Assembly (NCBI GenBank): GCA_965230665.1
Contig: CBDDLM010000003.1
Location: 4,424 to 68,423, forward strand
Direction: 5' to 3'
Length of the DNA: 64,000 bases
DNA from: Chitinophagaceae bacterium
GTDB taxonomy: Bacteria; Bacteroidota; Bacteroidia; Chitinophagales; Chitinophagaceae
The translations under genes and the position numbers were made by a program. Shown piece after piece: positions 50,426 through 61,274 of the stretch (position 1 is its first letter; every line of letters begins with the position of its first letter). Below the pieces are notes generated by a model. The model ran no database searches and was not told the DNA's origin. It saw only the letters and a list, made by a program, of their open reading frames with translations.

Positions 50426-53400
50426 ATGACCAACCGAAGAACTTTCATTAAGACAACTGCTCTTGCACCTTTATCTGTAGATCCTGTTTTTACTTTCTTA
50501 GGAAAACTGATTAAAAGTTATTCAAGTAATCAAGTTCATCAATTTAGTATAATTAGATATCAGGATTTGATGCTGCTCCACTATATCTATGTTGGATTCA
50601 ATAAGGTTGACAAATCAAACAATCCTTTTTCATTGCCCCCACAAAGTCATTTTAAACCAGTAGATAAGGATTCAAGAATTGTAATATTATTACCACCACA
50701 ACACATAGCTGAAGAGGCTTTTTTTAGTCCTGGAAAATTTCCAACCGACCTCAATAATCGAACGGCAAATTCATTTTTATCAGGAAATAGTTATTTGGTT
50801 TTCAGACTAAAAGAGAATGTTGATGCTATAGGATTTAACTCTAATGAAATTATTGACTTTGGTAGTCTGGAATTAGAAACAAAGACACCAACTAACTACA
50901 TTAATCTTAATGATTTAATAAAAAATGGAAGTCTTCCTGATCCTAAAAAGGTGAAAAACTTATTCACTCAATTTGAGTATCCATATAAAACCTTCATCTC
51001 TCCAGTTACAAAAAAGTATACTATAAATAACAAAGAATACTTTTCAAAGTTTGTATTCGAATATCCTCAAAATAAACTTTTAACGCTGTTTAATAGGAAA
51101 ATTGGTGATAGCTTTTTTCAAATTAATCCCCTCTGGCATAACAGTATATTCGAAGTACTTGGAGATAACTCTGAAGAACTATTGAGCTCTCCAACTTTGA
51201 AGATGGTTGACTATTATAAAAAAGATGAATTTGATAGAGATAATAATGAGCATGGAATTATACCTAGCGAGAATCATCGGGCCGAACTGATAAAAGGAAT
51301 TAATCAGGATAACTTAATCCAATCTTCCAATTTTACACCTAGTTCATTAGGAATAAGTGCCAAGGTTTGGTATGAGAATAATGAACATCCAGCCCTGTCA
51401 AATTGGAAGCAGGAAACAACACTAGGAAGGGATAATTTGGCATTAATTACAATAATCGTTATTGATACTGAATTTGGAATACAGTTCAAGATTACTGAAA
51501 TAAGTAAACGTAAATTTCTTAATGGTTACAGTTATTTAGACAAGCGGTATTATATCGAAAAGTATGATGATGAGATTAACTTCTCTTATACAAACAAACA
51601 TGGCAGAGAGTATAAGATTGTTTATCCGGATTTTACAGGTAAAATTTTTATCAAACCATTAGATATAACAACTTGCAAGTCTGTGCCTTCTTCTGAAGGA
51701 TTTATAACAACTTGTAAGTTATGGACAAGTAGAAATAGAAATCCATTTACTTGTGTATATGAATCTGTAAGCAAGGATGGTAATCTTGAAAATCTTTTTG
51801 AATTCCCATTTATCGGTATTGATCATGACGGAAAAAAACATTCATTATCTGTACCACTGATATTTACTGAATCAACTCCTGATATTAATCGCTTTAAATC
51901 AGATTTAAAGAAAACAATCAATTTTAAAAGAAAACATTTTTCGAGATACAAGATATTTTATAATAAGGAAAAAATCACATATGCTAAAACTGCTACTTCA
52001 GTAAACTATCCTGTAAAGAATGATGAGAACAAAGTACGTAAAGTTAATAATGGCTTACTGACAACACATTATACATTTTCTATTCCGGAAATGATGCCTG
52101 CAGCTGATTATACCAAAGAAAAACCATTGATCAGCAAGTTGTACTATGCAAGTGTTACAATTGATGCAATTGAGAATATCAAATCAGGGACAAAGAATAA
52201 TATCACATTCTATAAAAACTATTATGACAAAAATGAGTCAGAGAATAATTTAAAAATATTCGCACAAATCTTAAATAATGAGATTGAGATAATTGATGAT
52301 GCCAAGTTTAAAAGTGATCCCTTATCGCATGCACTGGCTATTAAAGGAATATTCAATCATGAGTATGGTAAGTATACACAAGTTGTTAAACCATCAATTA
52401 ATATTGGATATATTTCTCTCCTGGAGATCGGGATTACTGCAAACCATGATATAAACGGACCTTATTCTCGTGTTAAAAGAAATGGTGGAAAAAAATTATT
52501 TAATGCATCTCAGACCTTAACAGGTTCTCTCCCAAATATATTAGGGTATGTGGATCTGAAATTGATTTTAGCCATGCTGGATTTGGATGATCTGCCATCA
52601 TTTAAAATTATTGATAGCGCTAAAACAATAATTGATTCAATTAATGATGTAAAAGGTGCAATTAATAAATTCCTGTCCGACCTCGGAAATTTAAATCTTA
52701 ACAATACTTCAATAAATTCTTTAAAGGCTCAATGGGAAAATTTAACTACAGATGCTGAAAGGGTTAAAACTGAAAGCAGGGAGATAAAAAAAGAACTACG
52801 AAACTTCCAGGATTTCTATAATCAGATCGACTCAACTATAAGGAAGAATATATCAAAGTTAGAGAGTGCATTATCACTTAATAATTTAAATCACCAAAAG
52901 TTTAAGGATTATTATTCTAATCGTTTCCATGACTCAAGACTTATCAGTAGTAAAACACTTTCATATCGAAACGCCTTAGACAATATTGATGACTCGAATT
53001 CTGAAGATGAATTTGAAATTTTATTAATGGAAATAAAATTTCGAGACGCTTTAAGGGAGTTAATTGCTTTGACTCCTGCCGATAAAGAGAATGATTCAAG
53101 AAAAATAATCTTCTCCAATCTCAAATATTCAATATTAGCAAAAGATAAAACTCCACTACAAGAAGATCAAAGAAAGAAAATTGTTGCTCAATCAAAAGTC
53201 TTAAATCGGGTAATCATTGAAACAAAAAAACTAATAAAAGATGACACAGTTTTTGAATTGGCTGAAGAAATGTTTGGTAATGTCAAAACACCAGAAGAAA
53301 AACTTCAAATCCCTGATTATTTTGATTCTGGGATAGAAGCCTGGATAAAAACAAAATCAATACTGGATTTCATCTTTGATCAATACCAATACTTTTCAAA

Positions 53401-55102
53401 GCTTCAGGCAATGGATTCTGCAGAATTCAAGGCAAAGTTTGAATCTATTTATAATAATATTAAGTCTACAACAAATAAAACAAGAATAGAAAAGGGAATA
53501 TCAATACTGAATTCAAAAGATTCAACACATGGTTCTTTTGATGAAATCATCCCGGATTATAATAATGCATTTTTTGGATCGAAAGAAGCATTCGACAAAA
53601 AATTTGGCAATTTTTTTAGCGCCTATAATGAATATCTGCTTTTGCAGACTGCAGGAGCAAATCTATATAAAGAATACAGGTCTGAAGTTTTAAATCAATT
53701 AAAGTCTTTTGACCAGGTTTCAAAAGAAATAGGAGACTTCTTCCAGGAATTAGAACAAACTGTAAAAAACGAGATTGGTGTATTAAAGCAAAATATACTG
53801 GCAAATAAAGATATCTCGAATGCAATACAAACAATCAAATCACTAAAAGTCCTTCTAACAAGGCTTGAGAAACTCAGGAACCCGAAAATTGAACATACCT
53901 GGCGAACCGAATCTTTCCAATCAAGAAGGATTGGTCCAATAAACTTCCATGCAAATGTAAAAGGAAATACATACTTGAATTCGAGAGCAACACTAGGTAC
54001 ACAGTTAAAGTTTGAGAATTCATCTTTACAAATCGGTGAACCTCAACTTAGCTCTTATAATGAAATAGGAAATTTTGGAATTACATTCTTTAAGGCTATA
54101 AGAATTGATTTTGAACGCGTAACAATAACTGCTGGAAACAATGTAAAAGACGATGTAGATATAAAGATAAGAGATGTTGAATTCCTTGGTATATTAAAAT
54201 TCGTTTCCGCCTTACAGGAATACTTTGAATCAGTTACAAAAGTATTGGATTTTGACATAAGTGCCAGTGGCATAAGAATGTCATATTTATTTCCTTTACC
54301 TGATATCAATGCTGGTGTTATTTACTTCTACAATCTCAAGTTTAGTCTTGGGTTAAAAATTCCATTTAAAGCAAATACCCCCATACAACTTGTATTTGGT
54401 ATAAATACAAGAACAGCTCCTTTTAAGATTATAGCTTACGGATTCCCTGGCAAAGGTCACTTTGTTATCATCATGGAAGCTAAGAAGGGAATTATTGGAT
54501 TAGATATCCAAATAGAATTTGGGAAAACTGCACAATTCAATTTCGGAATTGCCCAAGGAGAATTGCATTTCAAGGCTGGCTTTTATTTCAGGAAACTCTA
54601 TGATGATGTCAAATTCAAAGGATATGTTATCGCCGGAGGTTCTATCAGAATTGCAGGGATATTTAATTTTTCTATTTACTTCCATTTAATTCTGGTATAT
54701 GACAACGGACATTTATATGGGGAAGCTGTTCTTGTGTTTAAAAAGAAAATCGGTTTTGTAAAGATTAAATACTATGTAAGAATTTATATGGAGTTCCAGT
54801 CTCCAAAAAAGCAAAATCAAGTTCAAGGGAGTGGAAATAAAACTCTGTTGGCTCAACAAGACAATTTCTACCTCCTTGATGGTAGACAAGATCAATTGGA
54901 GTTACATGAGCAAGTAAGATTAAAACAATTAAAGGGAATAAGAAATAAATCATTTACTGAAAAAGCACAGGATAAAACGATCAATAGTTTCAGACGAAAT
55001 GTTCAGAATGAGCAAATTATTCAGGAAGAAAAAAATCCAGAATTGAAGACAATTCAGAATTATACTTATGAGAAATATTATTCCTCATATTTCCAAAATT
55101 AG
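50426..55102 (+). CDS. Giant hypothetical protein (1558 aa) with a Tat-like N-terminus, a central coiled coil and a beta-rich C-terminal region
   Basis: Uninterrupted 4.7-kb ORF. N-terminus MTNRRTFIKTTALAPLS. No catalytic or repeat motifs I recognise. Confidence 0.7.
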   Translation: MTNRRTFIKTTALAPLSVDPVFTFLGKLIKSYSSNQVHQFSIIRYQDLMLLHYIYVGFNKVDKSNNPFSLPPQSHFKPVDKDSRIVILLPPQHIAEEAFFSPGKFPTDLNNRTANSFLSGNSYLVFRLKENVDAIGFNSNEIIDFGSLELETKTPTNYINLNDLIKNGSLPDPKKVKNLFTQFEYPYKTFISPVTKKYTINNKEYFSKFVFEYPQNKLLTLFNRKIGDSFFQINPLWHNSIFEVLGDNSEELLSSPTLKMVDYYKKDEFDRDNNEHGIIPSENHRAELIKGINQDNLIQSSNFTPSSLGISAKVWYENNEHPALSNWKQETTLGRDNLALITIIVIDTEFGIQFKITEISKRKFLNGYSYLDKRYYIEKYDDEINFSYTNKHGREYKIVYPDFTGKIFIKPLDITTCKSVPSSEGFITTCKLWTSRNRNPFTCVYESVSKDGNLENLFEFPFIGIDHDGKKHSLSVPLIFTESTPDINRFKSDLKKTINFKRKHFSRYKIFYNKEKITYAKTATSVNYPVKNDENKVRKVNNGLLTTHYTFSIPEMMPAADYTKEKPLISKLYYASVTIDAIENIKSGTKNNITFYKNYYDKNESENNLKIFAQILNNEIEIIDDAKFKSDPLSHALAIKGIFNHEYGKYTQVVKPSINIGYISLLEIGITANHDINGPYSRVKRNGGKKLFNASQTLTGSLPNILGYVDLKLILAMLDLDDLPSFKIIDSAKTIIDSINDVKGAINKFLSDLGNLNLNNTSINSLKAQWENLTTDAERVKTESREIKKELRNFQDFYNQIDSTIRKNISKLESALSLNNLNHQKFKDYYSNRFHDSRLISSKTLSYRNALDNIDDSNSEDEFEILLMEIKFRDALRELIALTPADKENDSRKIIFSNLKYSILAKDKTPLQEDQRKKIVAQSKVLNRVIIETKKLIKDDTVFELAEEMFGNVKTPEEKLQIPDYFDSGIEAWIKTKSILDFIFDQYQYFSKLQAMDSAEFKAKFESIYNNIKSTTNKTRIEKGISILNSKDSTHGSFDEIIPDYNNAFFGSKEAFDKKFGNFFSAYNEYLLLQTAGANLYKEYRSEVLNQLKSFDQVSKEIGDFFQELEQTVKNEIGVLKQNILANKDISNAIQTIKSLKVLLTRLEKLRNPKIEHTWRTESFQSRRIGPINFHANVKGNTYLNSRATLGTQLKFENSSLQIGEPQLSSYNEIGNFGITFFKAIRIDFERVTITAGNNVKDDVDIKIRDVEFLGILKFVSALQEYFESVTKVLDFDISASGIRMSYLFPLPDINAGVIYFYNLKFSLGLKIPFKANTPIQLVFGINTRTAPFKIIAYGFPGKGHFVIIMEAKKGIIGLDIQIEFGKTAQFNFGIAQGELHFKAGFYFRKLYDDVKFKGYVIAGGSIRIAGIFNFSIYFHLILVYDNGHLYGEAVLVFKKKIGFVKIKYYVRIYMEFQSPKKQNQVQGSGNKTLLAQQDNFYLLDGRQDQLELHEQVRLKQLKGIRNKSFTEKAQDKTINSFRRNVQNEQIIQEEKNPELKTIQNYTYEKYYSSYFQN

Positions 55103-55110
55103 AACTACAC

Positions 55111-58100
55111 ATGAAGTTAGGATTAGACATCTTTCCAGCAGGGTTAGCCAGAAATTCATTGAATGAGATAGAATTAAAATTTGATTTGTTACTTGGTTTT
55201 CAGTTTGAATTAATGGAAGGAGATACTATTAGCATTTCTGAAATTAATTCGGTAAGAAGCCAATTTAAAAGTCTTTTCGACTCTGGAAAACTTAAAATAC
55301 AATTCCTCAACACCTTAAATAATTCAAGTCAATCAGAGAACTTGAATATTGATGAGAAATCAATATCAAAAATCTTTCCCACAAATTCATGGAAGAAAAT
55401 TTTGAAGAAGAGTTATACGAATAAGAAAGTTGAAGTCGACATTATATTCAAGGTACGGGAAAAGCCACCTCAAGAGACAAAAGATCGTATTTACAGTATA
55501 AATTCAGACCAGGTAAATATTGAAGAAGCAGATAGAAACTCTGAAAAAGTAAGAAATTATTCCAAAGCAATATCTAATAATAAGCATAAAAAGATGAAGT
55601 ATGCCCTTTATGGGATGCTTGATCAATCAGATACAATTACCAAAAAACAATCATTTGCTTTTGATGAACTCTATGCTGAATTGCTGGAACATCCTATCCT
55701 GGCAAGGAAAAGATTTGGATTATGGGTCAACGCATCTGTAGATCTAAAGGATGTAAACAACTATTCTTCAGTTGATAAGGTGGAGCTTATAATTGAAGAT
55801 CCGGAACAGAAGCATAAAAATTGGTTCAATATTGATTTAGCAAACCCTGTTTTAGCATCTCTTCCTGATTATACAATAAAGCACTTTAAGGTTCCAATTA
55901 ATAAATATTATCATGGTCATTCTAATTTTGGAATCATTCGGTTTAACAGAGATCCATCAAAGAATTTCACTTTCTCAAATAAATCTTTAGTTCACAAGAG
56001 TAAAGCTGAGGGTGAATTAGATGAGGAACAGGTGTTTAGAACTGATATCAGAAATGATCATTTTAAGATTAAGAACCGAGAAATTGATGGCTTATATATA
56101 TATCATGATTTACGCATAAATGAAGAGGAGATTTTAGAGAATGAATACTATGGAGTCATTGGCCAAAATGTAATTTGCAAAAGGAACGATCTCGATAGTG
56201 ACAGGAACGAATTAATCTTATCTCTTTGCAAACGAAATGTGGAATATGACAAAGTGCCTGGACTTAAGGAAACAGAAGAAGAAGGCTGGATATGGATCAA
56301 TACTGATTATGTTACTGAAGAAGATGACAAGGAAGTTAATTATTCCGATCTTGTTCTTTTTTCATGGGATGGAGACAACTTGGCTATTCCAAAAGCTGCC
56401 AGCCAAAAGACTGACGGTATAAACAAAACAAAGGCCAAAAAAAGTAATCATTTACTTGATTTACGAACCTACTTAAACAGGGAATGCAAGATCGAGGTAA
56501 AGCAAACACCGATTTATAAAAGCAATTTGAGGTATAGCAAAAACTTTAAATACAGCTTTCTTTTAAAATATGTACAAGCTAATGGATATACTTTACCATT
56601 AAAAACCCGAAAATCAAATCCTGAAATTGATTTCCATGATTTACATGCAATTAATAACGTTGATACCTTTCAGAATGCTTGGGTTGAAGCTCCTTCAATT
56701 ATTAAGCAAGATGGAATCAGTTCAGAAAAAATGACGATTGAACCACCCACAGTTATTGGAAAAAAAATCTTCAAGAAAAAAAATTCTACTGATTCAAATA
56801 TTGAAAATCCTGAATACAGGGAAAGCGATACCCACCTGATTATTAAAGACAAAGGCATTTCAAAAAGAAGGTATGTTTTTCCTTCGATTGTATCATTAAA
56901 GGAATTTGAGTTCCTTGGGTATTTAGATTCTAAAAAACTAAAAGCAGGTAACAGTTTAAGATTATTTCTTGAGAGAAATATGATTTATCATAATCTTGGA
57001 GAAAAACAAGTGATATTTAATAATGGCAGAGTTAATAAAATATTTGAGGAAAATAAGTTTGATTATTTAGCAGATCCTAGGTCCAGGTGTTTACTATTTA
57101 CTCCCAACAATTGGCAATCAGTAAATCTATTAAGAGCTTCAGGATATAGCAATATAATAATTGACTCTTTCCTCGATTTTAAAATATCTGGAGAATTCAA
57201 TGTTTTTTCTGATAAATACAACAGAAGCGTGAAACCAGGTAGAATTAAATTGACATCACAAACAACAAGCAAAATATCAATCAATACAGGTCGGGAAAAA
57301 CTTGATATTAAATTATTTCCAGGTCTTAAAGGAAATTTCAGGCTTCATTTTTTTGAGGAAATAAGTAACCTAGGAGATATTAAGAATAATACCGAGGTTC
57401 TACAATTATTGGAGACAAACCCGTACACTGAATTCAAAGTCACTCATTCTATTAAGAAACCCGAGAATATCACTTATTCATTTGATCAATCTTTTTTAGA
57501 TTTCAACTCGACAAACAGAAAAGATACCCTGGTTGCACTGCGCGCTAATGAGGCTTCAAAAAGAGATTATTTTTATTATGAGTTCAATTTCAATCATGAT
57601 CCTTCAAGATTACAAATACTGTTTGAAGAGAACAGTGATCATATTTTACAAGACCATTCCTGGTTGGATCAAGACGCAGTTAATAATTCAGAGTACGCAA
57701 ACTATTTTAATGAATACATCAGAGATGAAGTAAGACTTAAAGAAAAAGCAAAACTGATAAATCAAGAAATCGGTGAAGACTTATATTTCGAAGAATCAAA
57801 AGATGAAATTCCTCCAAAAGATTTAATTCTTAACAGTTATAAATTTGAAAATGACGAGAATAGAAAACTTAATGAAGATGTATTCAGAAGAATTTTCGGA
57901 ATTGATTTCTTACTTGATATAAACGATGTCAGAGATACGCTTGAAGTCGGGGAATATGTATACGAACTCGGAATAAACTCTAAATCCTCAATAATCCTGG
58001 TTTACTCTCCTGATGTATCTCAAAATGGTGATGAAAAAGCTTCATTCGATCTTATTCTTTCAACTAATAATGATGAAATTGAAAATGAATCAGATTATCC

Positions 58101-59727
58101 TGAGGAAAAGATAACCAACTATGAGTCAATAAAGGACAATAAATTATTCCTGTTAAAGGAAAAAATCACATATAATCATAAGGTCAGGTTTGAATATTAT
58201 TGGGGTTCTGATCTTTCAAAAACTGACAAATCATTCAGATATGAAGCAGGTGATTCACAACTAAAATTAAAATGTATAATCAATGAAGTTTCCTCATCTC
58301 CAGGTCCGAAGAATCAGGAAATAATTCATGAGTTATTTAGTGATAATAATCTGTTTACCTGTATTGGTCTCCCGGATCCTGCCTTGAATGATGAAAGATT
58401 ATCTCTTAATCCTAAATTGCTTGACTTATACTGTTACTCAAAATCTTTAGGTACCTTTTCATTTTTCCCTTATTTATATCCGTCACGACTGGAACTAAAT
58501 GATTTTTCTGAGCCATACTTTATCTATACTAAGGATCATTTTAAAAGGCATCATATAAAGAATATTCATTTTCACGGGTTAAGCAGATACCATGGATTAT
58601 ATAAGGACAACCGAAGCAAGCTTTCCTGCTCAAGCAAATGTGAGAATGAACTTCAACTTGAAATATTACATAATTATCCGCTTGAACCACCAAAGGTTGA
58701 TATTACACCTTTATTTCTCAATGAGTTATCAGATAATGACAATGACTCATCAGCAAGTTCAACTGAAATGCTCCTGTTATTGAAAATTGACAAATTTTAT
58801 GACAGCAGTAACTTTCAGCAATTGGGATTACTTGTAGAAGAGAAAGACCAAAAAAACAAGACAAGTGAAGCTTCACACGCTAAATCTTGTCAAATTGGAA
58901 AAGATGCAACCTGGAGTGGGACACCCTTTAGTAATACATTTTTACAATACTTATACACAAGCAGTCGCAGTCCTCTTTTTTTTAAGTATTATAATTCTAC
59001 AAGTATTAAGACGGATATATTAACGGTGTCTGAACTTTCAAAATCAGATTCAAAGAATTCTTATACAACATTTGATATTATAAGCCTGAAACCTCATTTC
59101 CTGTTTTCTAATGAAGCATGGGTAGCACTCATTAGGTTTAAGAGAGATAATATATCTGATGCCCATTCCTATTTTGCAAAAATCTCTTTAGTAAATCATG
59201 TCGAGAGAGTAAGTCCATATATTGCTCCAATCTCTAAACCAGCACCAGCACAAATCTTCCCACTATATCAGAAAAGAACAGTTTCATGTTTTAATAAGAA
59301 AGAAGAACAAAAATTTGTCATTTCTGTCAATCAAAATTTTCAATTGAAAGGGAAAACAGGGACCAATAAACAACATTCCATGAACTTTTTCCTGATCTGT
59401 CTTTCCAAAAATAAATCTGAAGATTTAATTCAATTTGAATCAGGGAATTATAACTTCTTTTATCCATCAAGAAAACCAAATGGTTCTGACAAATTGTATC
59501 ATTACTTCGATCCTGAAGACCAGCGATTTTCAATAGATTCAAATACTGAAGCCAAATTCATTTATGTATTTGAAATGGAGGCCTATATAAACACCGGAAT
59601 CAGCAGAACAGGGGCATCCAAGGACAGTAGAACAGATAAATTATATACTGCATTAAAGCAAGGCAAGGAAAACTTCTTCTTTATGAGAGATATTCGGATT
59701 ATTAATATACACAGGTTTAAGATATGA
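55111..59727 (+). CDS. Giant hypothetical protein (1538 aa)
   Basis: Uninterrupted 4.6-kb ORF starting 8 nt after the previous stop. No signal peptide and no recognisable motifs. Confidence 0.7.
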   Translation: MKLGLDIFPAGLARNSLNEIELKFDLLLGFQFELMEGDTISISEINSVRSQFKSLFDSGKLKIQFLNTLNNSSQSENLNIDEKSISKIFPTNSWKKILKKSYTNKKVEVDIIFKVREKPPQETKDRIYSINSDQVNIEEADRNSEKVRNYSKAISNNKHKKMKYALYGMLDQSDTITKKQSFAFDELYAELLEHPILARKRFGLWVNASVDLKDVNNYSSVDKVELIIEDPEQKHKNWFNIDLANPVLASLPDYTIKHFKVPINKYYHGHSNFGIIRFNRDPSKNFTFSNKSLVHKSKAEGELDEEQVFRTDIRNDHFKIKNREIDGLYIYHDLRINEEEILENEYYGVIGQNVICKRNDLDSDRNELILSLCKRNVEYDKVPGLKETEEEGWIWINTDYVTEEDDKEVNYSDLVLFSWDGDNLAIPKAASQKTDGINKTKAKKSNHLLDLRTYLNRECKIEVKQTPIYKSNLRYSKNFKYSFLLKYVQANGYTLPLKTRKSNPEIDFHDLHAINNVDTFQNAWVEAPSIIKQDGISSEKMTIEPPTVIGKKIFKKKNSTDSNIENPEYRESDTHLIIKDKGISKRRYVFPSIVSLKEFEFLGYLDSKKLKAGNSLRLFLERNMIYHNLGEKQVIFNNGRVNKIFEENKFDYLADPRSRCLLFTPNNWQSVNLLRASGYSNIIIDSFLDFKISGEFNVFSDKYNRSVKPGRIKLTSQTTSKISINTGREKLDIKLFPGLKGNFRLHFFEEISNLGDIKNNTEVLQLLETNPYTEFKVTHSIKKPENITYSFDQSFLDFNSTNRKDTLVALRANEASKRDYFYYEFNFNHDPSRLQILFEENSDHILQDHSWLDQDAVNNSEYANYFNEYIRDEVRLKEKAKLINQEIGEDLYFEESKDEIPPKDLILNSYKFENDENRKLNEDVFRRIFGIDFLLDINDVRDTLEVGEYVYELGINSKSSIILVYSPDVSQNGDEKASFDLILSTNNDEIENESDYPEEKITNYESIKDNKLFLLKEKITYNHKVRFEYYWGSDLSKTDKSFRYEAGDSQLKLKCIINEVSSSPGPKNQEIIHELFSDNNLFTCIGLPDPALNDERLSLNPKLLDLYCYSKSLGTFSFFPYLYPSRLELNDFSEPYFIYTKDHFKRHHIKNIHFHGLSRYHGLYKDNRSKLSCSSKCENELQLEILHNYPLEPPKVDITPLFLNELSDNDNDSSASSTEMLLLLKIDKFYDSSNFQQLGLLVEEKDQKNKTSEASHAKSCQIGKDATWSGTPFSNTFLQYLYTSSRSPLFFKYYNSTSIKTDILTVSELSKSDSKNSYTTFDIISLKPHFLFSNEAWVALIRFKRDNISDAHSYFAKISLVNHVERVSPYIAPISKPAPAQIFPLYQKRTVSCFNKKEEQKFVISVNQNFQLKGKTGTNKQHSMNFFLICLSKNKSEDLIQFESGNYNFFYPSRKPNGSDKLYHYFDPEDQRFSIDSNTEAKFIYVFEMEAYINTGISRTGASKDSRTDKLYTALKQGKENFFFMRDIRIINIHRFKI

Positions 59728-61268
59728 ATGGTTCAATATTGGATTTATACTTAAAACTCTTTAGTCTTAAAGTTAAAGATAAAGATCAAAAATACTGGGC
59801 ATGCATAACCTATTTGGCTCAAAGCTTAATAAATCAACGACTTCCAAAATCAGTGGACAGTGTTTTCCAGGATATTATTTCTAATTCATATTTTTCAATT
59901 ATTGAGGATTATAATAATTGCAGCAAGCACTGGAAATTAAGAACCAATAAAAGGAATTCAATAAAAACCAACGCGAAGTATCTTTCACAATACGAAAATA
60001 ATGAAGTAGGATTATTTTCTGGTCTGTATGGTTTTTATAGAGACCTGTTTATTAGTATTAAAAAACATAAGGTAAGATCAAAGAGTGAACTCTTACATAT
60101 ACAAAAGTATGTCACCTTATTTGAAGACAGGATTGGTGGTTTTATCCTTTTTTTGCCAAATAGTAAAGAGCATTTTGCAATTAGTTATTTTTTTGAACCA
60201 GAATTGGGTTACTATGATATCTTTTCATTTGGAAATAGAGTAATAAATAATCTTATAAGCAAATGGGAAATAACATATGAAGAATGTTTTAAAATAGCTC
60301 CTTACGCACCAAGTAAGAAATATGCAATCGCATTTGAATCTAAACAAAATCAGACTGAGATTTGCAATCTTATTTCTGCGTACAACTTTGAAGAACTAGA
60401 AAAAAAATTAATTAAATACGGTGAAAAAGCAGGATATAAATCTCTATCTTCAGAGAGTCAATTCATATTGTTAATTCCTAGAATCATGTACTATCTTAAA
60501 TGGTATGAGGCTAGTCTTTTTATGTACTATTATTTCTTAGGAAAAGGGGAATCAAATTTTCAAGTAAAAGGACAAAGATCAAATTTGCGTAATTCATATT
60601 TAATCATTGATCCTAAGTTTTTTCAAGCAACAAGTAGACATAAAGAATGGTATAATTTAATATATAAATTTAAAAGCAGCAGAATAACAGATATCAAAGG
60701 TGAGAGAGTTGATAAAGTATTATTTAATACCTTTTCAGATCCTGTAAAAAAAGCTTATAGTGAATCAGTAAAGTTTATTAAAACAAATCCTGAAAACACA
60801 TTTGAATTTGGTATTACAAATCAAAATATTAACAACTATCACAGGGTTAATCCACCTCCTGTTTATTATTTAACAAGTTATTTTGCTTATTCTCAAACTT
60901 ACCCAATATTTGATAATTGGACTGGCGCATTAGCTAACTTTAACTTACTCTTCTATATTAATGCTAGCATTGAAAAATTAGATCAAACCAATACAAGGTT
61001 TAATCTCAAAAAACTAATCTACAGATATAGAGATAGCTATGATTTTCAGGATGAACCTGGTGAAGAGCAAGAATTGGGTTTTTGGAGTATCCTCAAAATT
61101 GACAAACCAGGAATTATTAAATTATCTGATGCTATAAATATCAAGAATAAATCATTCAGGGATTTTCAAAGTAAACTAAAGCTTGGAAAAGAATTTTATG
61201 TAAACTCAGAAATTAAAGTATTGAATCACCCTAGCCCAACTAAAACAATAGACTTTGAAATAGAATAA
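59724..61268 (+). CDS. Hypothetical protein (514 aa)
   Basis: ATGA overlap with the upstream giant ORF. No recognisable motif. Confidence 0.65.
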   Translation: MNGSILDLYLKLFSLKVKDKDQKYWACITYLAQSLINQRLPKSVDSVFQDIISNSYFSIIEDYNNCSKHWKLRTNKRNSIKTNAKYLSQYENNEVGLFSGLYGFYRDLFISIKKHKVRSKSELLHIQKYVTLFEDRIGGFILFLPNSKEHFAISYFFEPELGYYDIFSFGNRVINNLISKWEITYEECFKIAPYAPSKKYAIAFESKQNQTEICNLISAYNFEELEKKLIKYGEKAGYKSLSSESQFILLIPRIMYYLKWYEASLFMYYYFLGKGESNFQVKGQRSNLRNSYLIIDPKFFQATSRHKEWYNLIYKFKSSRITDIKGERVDKVLFNTFSDPVKKAYSESVKFIKTNPENTFEFGITNQNINNYHRVNPPPVYYLTSYFAYSQTYPIFDNWTGALANFNLLFYINASIEKLDQTNTRFNLKKLIYRYRDSYDFQDEPGEEQELGFWSILKIDKPGIIKLSDAINIKNKSFRDFQSKLKLGKEFYVNSEIKVLNHPSPTKTIDFEIE

Positions 61269-61274
61269 AAAACC

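Noticed and set aside
50426-59727. The giant ORFs as RHS/YD proteins, repeat adhesins, or a second TcA.
   Set aside because: They contain no YD repeats, no tandem Ig/cadherin-like periodicity, and none of the TcA landmark motifs (CxCxxCxS..SPAAYL, LYPENW, KFTNxxLYxWM).
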